Source: Eledone cirrhosa
Lineage: Eukaryota
Reading direction: 5' to 3'
Assembly: GCA_964016885.1 (NCBI GenBank)
Contig: OZ024761.1
Coordinates: 27,652,001 to 27,716,000, forward strand
Length of the DNA stretch: 64,000 bases
A model generated the notes under the pieces. The model was not told where the DNA came from, searched no databases, and saw nothing but the letters and a program-made list of their open reading frames with translations. A program made the translations under genes and the position numbers. The stretch's first letter is position 1, and each line of letters starts with the position of its first letter. Below are positions 29,244 to 43,185 of the stretch, piece by piece.

Positions 29244-29358
29244 TGCTCTGATGATACAGTGGTCACAGCATTTGATAATTGAGTTTTGAAAATAGTTATA
29301 AATTTGCACATAACTAGGCACATAACTAGGCTGTATAACCACCGTGGAAACATTGTTA
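29244..29358 (+). ncRNA. Hammerhead-like motif with a 92-nt stem II insert, 3' side of stem I lost
   Basis: UGCU-CUGAUGA-UACaGUGGUcACAGC...GCUGUauaACCACcGUG-GAAA-C(auu)G-UU. Confidence 0.55.
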
Positions 29359-29370
29359 TTATTCATTCTT

Positions 29371-29410
<40 letters not shown>

Positions 29411-29444
29411 TATTTCGTTTCTGAATTTGTTTAGCAAGATTACG

Positions 29445-30920
29445 GCTAGGTAGTTTAGCTAAATTTGAAGCTGTGATGTTATGTGCAATGTTAGGAGTCG
29501 TAGAGTAAGACATTTTAATAGTATTTCTATTAAAAATTTTACTATATTTATTTGTAGGGGGAAAATGATTCGTAATAAGGGAAAGAAAGATCTTAGCTAA
29601 TATTGTGGCCACCTCCATATTATATGGTGGGTTATACCAACAAATGCGACGGGATCTATTTCTTCTAGATCTCTTTTCGTACTCTGTATATGCTACGTTA
29701 TCGACAAATCCACTTCGAGCAAGAGCTTCATTGTAATAAGTGGAATGGTCGTTGAAGATACGCTCGTTGGTGGAAAGACGGGAAAGTCTCAACGAAACGT
29801 TTCTTACCAGGTTCTTGGTTATGCTGGCAGGATGGTTGGAATGCTTACTTATGTAATTAAGCGTATCATTCGGCTTTCTATACGGGTAATACAACCCATT
29901 CAATAAATTGAGGGTAACGTGAAGGTAATTAACGATCGAGAGATTGGCCTCAACCTGTATAGAGAGGTTGGAGCCTTTAAAGAAGGCTCTGAGTTCTTTT
30001 CTGAACCTGTCGCAAGCACGAGGTCCGCACTTAGTCATGGTCAAAAGAACATCGTCACGGTACAAACCATCGCCCGTGTTGGGGAATTCATCCTTGATAG
30101 AGGAAAGAAGGAAAAGGCCGATAAGATCAGTAACCTCCGCAGAATCACTGGCGCCCATGCTCATGTCGAATGGGGGTACTATTGGATTTTTTAATCTAAA
30201 TAGAGTCGTCGAAATTAATCACCGACTTTCGGGCATTGAGGATGACATCAACTTCGAAATCCTTAACCACTGTGAGTGTTTTAGTGAGATTGATAGCTCT
30301 AAGGAGAAGTGGTAAAGTGATGGAGGAGTAGTAATTGTTGATGTCGAATTGGATAAAACGGCAATGTTCCTTGTTACATATGCCGTTGAACCAGTCAATC
30401 ACCGCGAAAGAATTGTTCCACAGTGCAAGAGGGGCCAAACTTCTAATTTCAGGTATAATTCTATCAAGAATCGTTTTACTAAGTCTACCTAAATCGGACT
30501 TCGTAGGGTTAATAAGCCGAATAGAGGGGTTGTTCGGAAAATTGGATTTGTGATCCTTCAGGGTAAAGTGGGGAGAAATAGGGTCCAGAGGTTCGGTCCG
30601 GTCCAGAATGTTGAGATCAGATGTGATTTTAAACCCAGCATCGTTGATTTCATTGATGACGCACCGATTAGTTTTACGGTAATCCTTAGTTACAGCATTA
30701 TGTAGTAGTTGATGGTAAGTACTGCGCCCCACTTGATATAGGTTGCCAGTTTTGTCGGAATGGACGTGTACGGCATTAGAATCCTTAATAGAACGAATAC
30801 TATTCTTCAGGTCTTGCTGGAAGGAATTGCTCCTATTCCGAAATTTGATACTCCGAATGAGTTCCAAGACATCATTTTCGAAGGGTAGCAATGCTGGGTT
30901 ACACGGGGCGTTATTATAGG
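29445..30920 (-). mobile_element. Penelope-like element reverse transcriptase fragment (frameshifted, truncated at both ends)
   Basis: SDKTGN (DKG-like motif), TLKDHK, RLINP, FDINNYYSSI, MGASDSAEV, GLYRDD, PYRKPND..YI..SNHP, WYNPPY, HFP..KIFNRNTIKMSYS. The GIY-YIG domain is absent. Confidence 0.9.
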
Positions 30921-30997
30921 TTATTTGCTCTACGGTTCTTATATATTTGATATATATTTATCCTTATCGAGCCCTCTTTGGATTTTAGTCTTGAAAT

Positions 30998-31028
<31 letters not shown>

Positions 31029-31120
31029 ATAATATATATATATATATAATAAAGTACCAGTAATGTACTGGGATAATTACTGGCCTCGTGCCAAAAGTAG
31101 AAACAATTATTATATATATA

Positions 31121-31164
<44 letters not shown>

Positions 31165-31292
31165 GTTGGGGAGAGTTATGTTGTCCTAATATTGCCAGAA
31201 AAAATAGTAAAATACACTCAGTGGTTGGTGTGGTTTTCGCTTCACTTTATATTTAAAAACAGCATCACCACTATATATACCTCTGTCTCTCT

Positions 31293-31343
<51 letters not shown>

Positions 31344-31357
31344 TCTCTCTCTCTCTC

Positions 31358-31405
<48 letters not shown>

Positions 31406-31438
31406 ATATATATATATATATAGATGTATGTATAGATG

Positions 31439-31488
<50 letters not shown>

Positions 31489-31489
<1 letters not shown>

Positions 31490-31658
31490 ATATAGTTCAA
31501 GAATGAACAAGACAAAAAAGATGCAAAAGCGCATCGACATGTAGGTAGGTAAGTGTGTATGTATGTATATATATACATATACACACATACACACTTACCT
31601 ACCTACATATCGATGCGCTTTTGCATCTTTTTTGTCTTGTTCATTCTTGAACTATATA
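31489..31658. repeat. Fold-back with a microsatellite loop
   Basis: gttcaagaatgaacaagacaaaaaagatgcaaaagcgcatcga... mirrored at about 31585-31655. Confidence 0.92.
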
Positions 31659-31726
<68 letters not shown>

Positions 31727-31866
31727 CATCTCACACAAACACATGAAAATAATATACCAAGTCTTCTGGTAGTCTCAGTGCGAAAGAAATTCAGTGCCAA
31801 CAATTGTAAGTATGTGTGAGTTATTTTTTGTTTTGTATGTGTGTATTTCTGTTTGTCTTCTTTTAT

Positions 31867-31916
<50 letters not shown>

Positions 31917-32575
31917 TTCGTTAAACCAAAAATTCGAAGGAAAACATTAATTTTATCTCTTTCCTTTTGAATTCTTGCTAGACTTGTGAACTTCGTTTCA
32001 TTGACAGCGATGTTCTCACCTTATCATCCATTGAAGAAGTCTTAATTAGCCATATGGAGGGCATTTTATGAAGGAAATAGCGAAAGCACATTTTATTAAA
32101 TGGGTTTTTGCAATCGTTTAGATAGAATAGTTGGAAATGGTAAAAGAAAGAAGACCAACAACAGAAACAAAACAACAAAACAAAACGAAAGTCTTAGCGT
32201 TGTGTAGAGGTAAAATGGAAATGTCGCCATGTTGTTTGAAGTTTTGTAGGAAAATGTCAGCCAATATAACTATGTGCCACAGCCATCATTATTGAGTACA
32301 GAGCTGACAGTTTCAAATGTCTGTTAGGGCAGAGGTGTACGTATCTAATGATGCCGCAAAGGGAAGCAATCCAATACACATAAACCGCAAACAACAACCG
32401 AAATTCTCATTGCCAGTCGGAGCATCGATCGCTTCTTCTTTCGAAGTTAACTTCGTTGTTGCAACGAACCATTCCGCAACGCGCGCGCACCCCCCCCCCC
32501 CACACACACATTTATATCTCTATATATCTCTATATATTTATATATATATATATTTACATATATATAAATATTTAC

Positions 32576-32607
<32 letters not shown>

Positions 32608-32688
32608 GCATATTTATACATACACACATATATATATACTAATATATACGATATTAACAAATGGAAACTATATTTATAAAACCATATT

Positions 32689-32753
32689 TATTTCATTATA
32701 CATATTTCAAGGATACCAAGTTAAATTATGGTATGCCTTCATCAGACAAAATA
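32689..32753 (-). ncRNA. Type I hammerhead motif
   Basis: UAUUUUGU-CUGAUGA-AGGcAUACCA(10 nt)UGGUAUcCUU-GAAA-UA(ug)UA-UA-AUGAAAUA: 8-bp stem I with two GU pairs, AUA site. Confidence 0.7.
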
Positions 32754-32902
32754 CAATATATACCAGTTTTATAAATAAACATTGACATACCCTTTCAAAA
32801 TGCGACCGTTACTTTTGGAAGACTATCCTGATGTCTTCCAAAAGTATCGGTTGCATTTTGAAAGAGTACGTCAATGTTTATTTATAAAACTGGTATATAT
32901 TG

Positions 32903-32967
32903 TATTTTTTCTGATGAAGGCATACCATAATTTAACTTGGTATCCTTGAAATATGTATAATGAAATA
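32903..32967 (+). ncRNA. Type I hammerhead motif (mirror copy)
   Basis: CTGATGA at 32911 and GAAA at 32948, with the same stems and one stem I mismatch. Confidence 0.65.
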
Positions 32968-33189
32968 AATATGGTTTTATAAATATAATTTCCATTTGTT
33001 AATATCGTATATCTACTCCAAATACTTGTCGAGTGCTTTATATCAGTTATAAAAATATTTGCTTGTTGTGTCCCAACAATTTAAATAGAACTTTTGCATA
33101 TACTAATATATATATATTTATACTAATATATATATATATATACTAATATATATATATATATATATACTAATATATATATATATATATAT

Positions 33190-33233
<44 letters not shown>

Positions 33234-33609
33234 TAATATATGTATATATACTAATATATGTATATATACTAATATATGTATATATACTAATATATATGTA
33301 TATATACTAATATATATGTATATATACTAATATATATATATATATATACTAATATATATATATATATATACTAATATATATATATATATACTAATATATA
33401 TATATATATACTAATATATATATATATATATACTAATATATATATATATATACTAATATATATATATATATATACTAATATATATATATATATATACTAA
33501 TATATATATATATATATACTAATATATATATATATACTAATATATATATATATATACTAATATATATATGTATATACTAATATATATATATATATACTAA
33601 TATATATAA

Positions 33610-34790
33610 TGGAAACATTTGAACAGGGACAAAACAGAGAGGCAGTACAACGAATGTTTATTAATTTCACGCTCTGGAGAGTGGGGTGCTGGTGGGGCAC
33701 GACGTTTCGGGCATAAACCCTTCCTCAGGTGAGAAGTGTGTGGGAGCAGAGTTCAAAGGGTGTGTAGGGGAGTGGTGGAGAGACAAATAGCGAAAGGAAA
33801 CGGTGTGAATGAAAAAATAAAAAATAAAGATAAAAATAAAAATAAAGCATGATCAAAATACAAGGAATGAGATAAATTTAAATATAAAGGCATGATCAAA
33901 ATAAACTGAAATTCAAAGGGGGGTAAAACAGGTGGTGGAAGGGTGTGGGGTGTGTAGGGGTGGTGACGGGTGGAGTGGGGAGAGGGAGACGGGGTGTCTG
34001 AGCGGGGAGGGCTGAAGGTGGTGTGTGTGTGTGTGTGTGTATGTGAAAGTAAGGGTTGGGGGAAGAACGGGGTTGCATGTTCAGGAAGAGGTGTGTGTGT
34101 GTGTTGGGGGGGGGGGGTCGGAGAGTTTGTGTGTGTGTGGATAGAGGGGTGGGGGAGAGGAATCAGGAGGCTGAGGGTGTAAATATGTGGTGGAAAGCAC
34201 GTGTGTGTGGGGTTTAAGCGTTTTGTGGGTGTAGGTGGTGTGTGGAGAAAAAAATGTTTTGGGGGTGTGTGTGTGGGTGAGTTATATAGGTGATTACGTA
34301 AGAGGATGGTTGAAAAGTAGGTAAATTCCGAAGATGTTTAGTGGATTCGTTGTTGGTCAATTTCTGCGTGTGGGTATTCCATGAAGCGATGGTCGGAAGA
34401 GGAGAGATGTGGGGTTGCGCGCAACAGGAAGTGGTCAAGCAGTGGGAGTGCTGTGTGTCTGTTTGTGCTGGGAGGTGGTCAGAGAGCATAGCAGCAGTCG
34501 GTGGAATGGTAAAGGGGCGAGGATAGGTAGGTGTGAAAGTTGGAGTGAGGAGGGTGTGTGTGTGTGTATTAGTAGAGGTGTTAGTGGGATGAGTGAGTGT
34601 GGAGCGAGGGTGTGGGTGGAGCGGGGAGAGAAGGGTGTGTGTGGTTCTAAGGAGGGAGTGTGGTGTACTAGTGTATGTGTAGTTTGATGCAGAGGTGTTA
34701 GTGGGTGTTAGTATACGGGAGGTGGGGAGGGGTTGAATGCAGGTGTGAGTGGGGGTTAGTGGTGGTAGGGTGTGTAGAGTTGGTGGTGTA
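33610..34790 (-). mobile_element. Highly decayed PLE-like island ending in a hammerhead-bearing 3' region
   Basis: C/A-skewed minus strand with a weak thumb-like remnant (YPHAEIDQQ) and a hammerhead at its 3' end. The same CTAA-interrupted (TA)n flanks both sides. Confidence 0.45.
33698..33731 (-). ncRNA. Minimal type I hammerhead (Penelope-type GAAACGUC)
   Basis: CAC-CUGAGGA-aGGG(uuuaug)CCC-GAAA-C-GUC-GUG. Confidence 0.75.
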
Positions 34791-34936
34791 TATATGTATA
34801 TACTAATATATATATATATATACTAATATATATATATATATATATACTAATATATATATATATATATATATACTAATATATATATATATATATATATATA
34901 CTAATATATATATATATACTAATATATATATATATA

Positions 34937-34991
<55 letters not shown>

Positions 34992-35861
34992 TAATAAATA
35001 TATATATATATATACTAATAAATATATATATATATACTAATAAATATATATATACTAATAAATATATATATATATACTAATAAATATATATATATATATA
35101 CTAATAAATATATATATATATACTAATAAATATATATATATATACTAATAAATATATATATACTAATAAATATATATATATTAATAAATATATATATACT
35201 AAAAAATATATATATATTAATAAATATATATATACTAAAAAATATATATATATTAATAAATATATATATATTAATAAATATATATATACTAATAGATATA
35301 TATATATATATATACATATAAATATATATATATATATACTAATATACTAATATATATATATATATATATTCAGATATATATATATATAACCTTCTCAGCT
35401 CCACCCCCACCCACCCACAAAAAAGTAAATGGAACAAAATATTAAGTTAATTCTAACACCTGACAATACTAAATGTCATTTTATTTACCTGAATATTTCC
35501 GTGCAACATATATATATTGGCAAAATTAAAAACATTTTTTTTTCTATTCAACTTATGATTTCGGCGCTGAAAATAGCACAGGAGGTTCTTTTTTATTTTT
35601 TATTTTTCCATTATTATTATTATTTTGCATATTAAATAATATGGAAACTAGATTGAAAAGCAGACACATACAGTCTCTCCCTATGGCTTTTGTATCAGTG
35701 CTATGGTTTTTATCTGATTAGTAAAAGATGTGTACTTCAGTGATATATATATATATATATATTTACATATAGATATATATATTTACACACACTCACACAC
35801 ACGCACATATATATATATATATTTATTTAGATATATATATATATATATTTACACACACACT

Positions 35862-35930
<69 letters not shown>

Positions 35931-35932
35931 TT

Positions 35933-36008
<76 letters not shown>

Positions 36009-36126
36009 AACAAAGAAAGAGTGGTAAGAAACCAGATAGACCATAACACACCAGAGTACTCGATACTTAGGGTAGTAGATTGGGTGATAGGAAAAGAGTC
36101 AAGACCCCGACGTATGTATATGTATG

Positions 36127-36189
<63 letters not shown>

Positions 36190-36192
<3 letters not shown>

Positions 36193-36683
36193 AAATGTAA
36201 GTTATCGCCGTATTTTGACTAAAGAAATTAAAGAAATTATTTAGCCTGATAGTGGGGTTAAGACCCCTCGGAGAAATGGAAAAAGATGAGTATTGACGTA
36301 CATGGGAGCCCACATCTTTGGTATCCGGACCACTGTGCTACCATTTACACCAACACATGACCCGTCTTTTTCCATTCAAATTAGAAGCTATAAACTTAGC
36401 GACTGTAATGTCAAGTAAGAATATTTTCGAAACAGCGAGTGTGTTTGAAATTATTATAAATGTAAGTTATCGCCGTATTTTAACTAAGGAAATTAAAGAA
36501 ATTATTTAGTCTGATAGTGGTGTTAAGAACCCTCGGAGAAATGGAAAAAAATGACATGTAAGTCAATACTCATCTTTTTCCAACCCCACTATCAGGCTAA
36601 ATAATTTCTTTAATTTCTTTAGCCAAAATACGGCGATAACTTACATTTCTTATAATTTCAAACCCTCTCGCTGTTTCGAAAAT

Positions 36684-36690
<7 letters not shown>
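36190..36690. repeat. Tandem-plus-inverted repeat island in (TA)n
   Basis: aaatgtaagttatcgccgtatttt... at 36194 and 36458 (about 265-bp period), with an inverted copy at 36560-36688. Confidence 0.9.
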
Positions 36691-36722
<32 letters not shown>

Positions 36723-36774
36723 GTATGTATATGTATGTATATATATGTGTGTGTGCATATATATATATATATAT

Positions 36775-37302
36775 ATAAAAGACGTAAAATAAGAAAATAT
36801 CTTTTAAAAAAATTTTTAAAAAATTTTTTACTTACTTACTTAAATTTTCACTCCAACTAATTAGTTTCTGCAATGGGATAAAGACAGTTACATAATCCAA
36901 CTGTCGAGAATTCATTGCGTCATCAGGGAGTCTATTCTCAGCTGAGCCTCCAGGCAATGCGCGGACACTGGCGGCTCATATAAAAATAATAATTCGGTAG
37001 AAAGAACAGCTAGGCGAGGACTGGATTCTATGTACTGAAATTCTCACTGCTTCCAGTCAAATGGCCGATTATGTAACTGTCTTTATCCCATTGCAGAAAC
37101 TAATTAGTTGGAGAGAAAATTTAAGTAAGTAAGTAAAAAATTTTTAAAAAATTTTTTTAAAAGATATTTTCTTATTTTACGTCTTTTATATTATTGTTCT
37201 GCACCCTCCTGCATTGAACCACCTAGGTACTATGACATAACCTGTGTATTTGCTGGCATGGACGTGCATCTGTGCGCCTATGTTAGTTGATATATTAAAT
37301 TA

Positions 37303-37305
<3 letters not shown>
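36775..37305. mobile_element. Fold-back island (about 120-bp arms, about 170-bp spacer) with 3' extension; same family as 50205-50520
   Basis: Arms 36775-36896 and 37068-37190. The extension 37190-37305 matches the reverse complement of 50205-50320. Confidence 0.85.
36851..36930 (-). ncRNA. Type I hammerhead with a 51-nt stem II
   Basis: CUCC-CUGAUGA-cGCAAUG aauucuc GACAGUU(ggauuaugu)AACUGUC uuuaucc CAUUGCa-GAAA-CUA(au)UAG-UU-GGAG. Confidence 0.82.
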
Positions 37306-37396
<91 letters not shown>

Positions 37397-37591
37397 CATA
37401 TATATATATATATATATGTATATTCGTCTTGATGGACGACGTATTGGCATCTTTGATTGTCGGATAAATTAACTCTGGAGATATAAAAGATTCAGAAGCG
37501 AAAACCAAAATGAGTGTGTTCTGTTATTATTTCTGCCAATATTATAACAATAGGACCCTCCCCAAATATAACAATATATATATATATATAT

Positions 37592-37725
37592 GGAAAAGAA
37601 TGAAATGAAACGAAATTTCATTTCTCACTCTTAGTACGGCTGATACTTAAATGTAAGTATGTCTGTATACGTACATACATATATGTATACAGATGTACAG
37701 TAGTATGTATATATATACATACATG

Positions 37726-37787
<62 letters not shown>

Positions 37788-37888
37788 CGTATGGGTTTAC
37801 CGAACATTTATTATAATGTTCGGTTTGTTTGTAAATAAACAGCCCGAATTACGCCGCACAGTGTTCAGGCAAACATATTATAAATATA

Positions 37889-37920
<32 letters not shown>

Positions 37921-38170
37921 AGTATGTATACGTACATACATATATATATACAGACGTACAGTAGTATGTATATATATATATATATACATACATGCACACA
38001 TATATATATGTACGTATGGATTCACCGAACATTTATTATAATGCTCGGTGTGTTTGTAAACAAACTACTGTACGTCTGTATAGATATATGTATGTACGTA
38101 TACATACTTATATTTAAGTAACAGCCGTACTAAGAGTGAGAAATAAAATTCCGTTTCATTTTTTCCGTTT
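37592..38170. repeat. Inverted repeat island with internal duplication; related to 46500-47040
   Basis: tttctcactcttagtacggctg... (37620) is mirrored by cagccgtactaagagtgagaaa (38122). 37800-37875 is a reverse-complement relative of 46905-46985. Confidence 0.8.
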
Positions 38171-38183
38171 ATATATATATATA

Positions 38184-38895
<712 letters not shown>

Positions 38896-39450
38896 TTTTC
38901 TACCTGGAGTTGCGACCGATAGATAGTATTAGCAATTGGAAAGACCAACGGAAACATTGTTCCCTCGGTCCGATTTGACGAAAGCCGATCGTTCCTTTTA
39001 TATATATTAATAAGTTGACGTTATCACAATACAACGAGGTGCTTCACACAATGTATGGGATTACACCATCGTGCCACTCGCGGTCCTACTCATTGCTACC
39101 TGTGGTTAAATAGATGCAGAATATATCTCTATGGAATTCGGCATTGAGGTAGGAAAAATTGATGAAATTCATAAGGGTAATCAACAACAGTTCAATATGA
39201 TCACCAACTCAATGACTATAATATCATCCTATAATGAAATCAACGTTATTGATATATCCCACAAATTAATTACGGTCATCAACAAAAATTAATGCAACAA
39301 ACATCAAACATTTGATAATCGGGTCAGTTGGTAAGAAGAACAAAGGAAATACACACACATATATATATATTTATATGTACATACATACATATATATATAT
39401 ATATGTAAATATATATGTAAATATATATGTATACATATATATATATATAT

Positions 39451-40240
39451 AGAATTCACAAGAATCAATAGCCTCAATACACTACATCAATTTAATGCAT
39501 CAAACATTCACTACGGAATCATCGTTACTTATGTGATGGATGTAAAAACTATACCTTACTTTTTCTGAATGTGAAAATGGTGGTGGATGCGAAAACCATA
39601 ACTTTCTTTTGCTTCTTCTTATTTTTATTTTTCTGCACACATACTTTTTTGATCTATACTAAAAATACCCTACCACTACAACCACCATAATACTCTTGCT
39701 TACCCGCTTAAAGTGCTTGCATTACATGTAAAACCTTGCCACACAATAATCGTATAAAAATGAGACACACTTGCATGCTCCACATGTAACTAACGCATAC
39801 ACTACCTACTAGATCTGACTATCAAACTATCCTCCTGCTTTATCTGTGTTATCTGCCGAATGTATTTTAATTTAAATTTTTATTTTAATTTTTATTTTGA
39901 TTTTGATTTTGATCTTGAATTTGAATTGCTGTACAAAAATAGTATAGTGTAATATATGCCACTCCACTGTACATCAATATATATATATGTATCTGTATGT
40001 CTCTTGCCTAGGTTTGGATGAAACAATTGTAAGTGAATAAATGCTTTGAACATAGCATTGATTCTTGTGAATTCTATATAACTGCTCTGTAGAACAACTG
40101 ATGTTATTACATAGAGCTATTTATCTTACTGGTAATAAGGTAGTAATAAATTACTGACCTTCACTGTTTAAGGTTTAAAATATACATAACTATAAAAAGT
40201 TTAATATATACATAACCATAAATAGTATCCTTAATATTAT
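39451..40240 (+). mobile_element. PLE-like island with a short inverted terminal piece; same family as 17180-17400
   Basis: 40010-40210 is a reverse-complement relative of 17180-17373, including ggtttggat-GAAACAATTGTA. 39451-39470 is an inverted copy of 40057-40076. Confidence 0.65.
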
Positions 40241-40428
40241 ATATATATATATATTTATATGTACATATATATATATATATATATGTAAATATATATATGT
40301 ATACATATATATATGTATATATGAATACATATATATATATGTGTGTATCTATATAAATATATATATATATAGAGAGAGATATGTGTATATATATATAGTA
40401 TATATATATATATATACTTACACAACAT

Positions 40429-40483
<55 letters not shown>

Positions 40484-40898
40484 CATACACACATACACAT
40501 ATATATATGTATTTTTTTATATTTATATATACATATATATATGCTTTCCAATATGTTTTGAGGAACATAGAATTTGTGGGGAGTTTTCTTTACACCAGTG
40601 AAAGCTTATGGGAAAATATGAAATATGGTGAATTATGATTTTACTTACTTTTAATTAGAAAAGGGACATATTCGTCGATTTTTGTAGATTAGATGGCGAT
40701 AATTAAAAAATATATCATGATTTGTAAGATGTCTTGTAAGAAGTTAGATATTCAGTGTGAAAAGAATTAACAAATTATTTCGACCGGTAAATAGTATTAG
40801 CAATTGGAAAGCTGAATAGAAACATTGTTTCCTCGGTCCGATTTGACGATCTCCGGGATCTTGTCGACCGACTATTGTTGTATATATAAACCATATTC

Positions 40899-40977
<79 letters not shown>

Positions 40978-41002
40978 AATATCACAACAGTTAGTTCACC
41001 AC

Positions 41003-41043
41003 ACCAGGAACAAATGTTTCACCTTGCGTATCTTCAGCTCGGT
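41003..41043 (-). ncRNA. Degenerate minimal hammerhead candidate
   Basis: ACCGaG-CUGAAGA-uAC(gcaag)GU-GAAA-CA(uu)UG-UU-CcUGGU. Stem II is weak. Confidence 0.4.
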
Positions 41044-41111
41044 CTGAGTGTGGTTGTACGAAAAGGAAAAACAACCGTATGAATACGCATGCGCAGAAAC
41101 GGTCACTTCTC

Positions 41112-41398
41112 CCAGGGAGCCTCCCAAAAGTCATCTCAAAAGTGACACAAAGGAGACTGAGGTTAGCTGGACATGCTCACCGACATCCAGAGTTGACATT
41201 GCACTCAGTGCTCCAGTGGGAGCCCCTACATGGACACACTGGAAGAAGAAGACCAAGGTTAAGGTATGTTGATGCCCTAAGGACAGACACTGGTCTGTTG
41301 GAGACGCAGGACATGGCAGCGATAATGAGGGACAGAGACCGCTGGAGAGAACTCGTCCATGGATCTCAGGAATTTTACCCGCCCTAGAAAAAAAAAAC
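41112..41398 (+). mobile_element. RTE-clade LINE 3' end
   Basis: RRLRLAGHAHRHPE..VLQWEPLHG...RPRLRYVDALRTDTG...MRDRDRWR, then a stop and a poly(A) run. Confidence 0.85.
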
Positions 41399-42217
41399 AT
41401 ATGCACCATAATTCCGGTGTAAAGACCCCACAATCATTAAAAGGGTGAAATCAAGGCATACAAATGTCATTGGAAAGGAAACACCGAAACTTTCTAAGGT
41501 TTCTCTATTCTCTCAAAATAAAACACGATCACGTGGAAGAGAATCTATTAAGGCTCGGAGCTGACATCGGAAATTTTTTAAGGCATTCAAAATATAGAAG
41601 CCTTTCAGTGGAAAAAAAAGGAGAAATATCGTTTAGTTTACTAATATAGCATTCGATGTAGTAAATGCCTGCGAACAGTTTGTTACCAATTTAAAACACA
41701 GGAATACATTTACTTTCCATAAATAATTCAAATCAAAAGTTAATTGTAATTTTTATATTTAAACAAATTATTTTAACGGTAAAATATATTTTGTTTGTTC
41801 TTACTCCTGTTTAACCTTACGGGAATAACACATACATAATATATATATATATATATATCAGGGCTTTAACTCTAACATAGCTTTGTATATGAAATACGTG
41901 AAGTTGTATATCTGTTGAAATAAGGTATGTTTATAAATAAATATTTTGAAAGCCTTTAGCTATGAATTTGAAAACTGACAGCATAGCACCATCTAGTCTG
42001 ATCCAACTGATGCTAAGTACTAGCAACCAGTGATGATGGCGTCATCATTTCTGATTTGGGTCGTTATCAAACTGGGTATTGCCGACCGCTTACTGTTGGA
42101 ACATAATTTAACAAAACATATAGTTTAGAAGCCTATTTACATATGTATATATATAATTATTATGTGTGGGTATGTATTTATGTATATATATATATGAGTG
42201 TATGAATACGTCTTGCT

Positions 42218-42254
<37 letters not shown>

Positions 42255-42370
42255 CAGAAATCCTCCATTTCAATTCTACTTTTGAAAAGCATAAGAACTG
42301 CGAAACCGGTAAAGGAAACACATAAATATTCCTAAAAAGACTCCAGTGCATATTCGAATTCATCTTTTTT

Positions 42371-42458
<88 letters not shown>

Positions 42459-42661
42459 CGTTTTCTGAATTTGTTTACCAAGATTCTTTATCTGAAAACG
42501 TGTGTTGAAACCGATATTGTTATACTTTGGGAGGGTCATGTTGCCAATAAGAAACACACGTACCAGTTGCTTTCACTCCAATTTATTATAAATTAAATTT
42601 ATAAATTTATAAATTTCCGGTTGGTTGGTTGGTTCCACAACCGGACGGTTGTTCATATATT

Positions 42662-42704
42662 GTCAAAGTTCTTTCGTCACACATTCTGTGACCTCTTCAG
42701 TGAC
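42662..42704 (-). ncRNA. Minimal type I hammerhead
   Basis: GUCA-CUGAAGA-gGUCACA(gaaug)UGUGAC-GAAA-G(aa)C-UU-UGAC. Confidence 0.75.
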
Positions 42705-42727
42705 TGGGGATTTGTTTCTTTGTTTTT

Positions 42728-42770
42728 GTGACTGAAGAGGTCACAGAATGTGTGACGAAAGGACTTTGAC
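42728..42770 (+). ncRNA. Minimal type I hammerhead (mirror copy, stem I mismatch)
   Basis: gtga-CTGAAGA-ggtcacagaatgtgtgac-GAAA-ggac-TT-tgac. Confidence 0.62.
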
Positions 42771-42910
42771 AATATATGAACAACCGTCCGGTTGTAGAAC
42801 CAATCAACCAACCGGAAATTTATAAATTTATAAATTTAATTTATAATAAATTGGAGTGAAAACAACTGGTGCGTGTGTTTCTTATTGGCAACATGACCCT
42901 CCCAAAGTAT

Positions 42911-42956
<46 letters not shown>

Positions 42957-43009
42957 GCGTGTATGTATGTGCTTTGCTCAATATATATATATATATATAT
43001 ATATGTAAT

Positions 43010-43185
43010 ATGGACTTCTGAAGTTTCCATCTATGAAATTCCACTCACAAGTCATTGGCCAAACCGTGGCTTGGCTATAGTATGAAGAGCACTTACCTCA
43101 TACGAAGGTGGTGCATTATGGTGGCTGAAACTGAAAACCATATGCATGCTTGCTAAGCGATCTCCTTAACGACACAGCCAGCTCT
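43010..43185 (-). mobile_element. Old tRNA-derived SINE (third family)
   Basis: Minus-strand head tggctgtgtcgttaag... with a degenerate tRNA-like layout. Confidence 0.55.

Larger units (their letters stand above)
32644..33012. repeat. Long fold-back (about 180-bp arms, 9-bp loop) carrying a hammerhead in each arm
   Basis: Arms 32644-32823 and 32833-33012. Confidence 0.95.
42457..42918. mobile_element. Fold-back of a PLE pseudo-LTR (about 190-bp arms) with two opposed hammerheads
   Basis: Arms 42513-42701 and 42731-42918. The sequence matches 45900-46172. Confidence 0.92.

Noticed and set aside
37425-37480. Very degenerate hammerhead upstream of the shared terminal module
   Set aside because: Needs several core substitutions (TTGATGG, GATA), so it cannot be supported without a family consensus.
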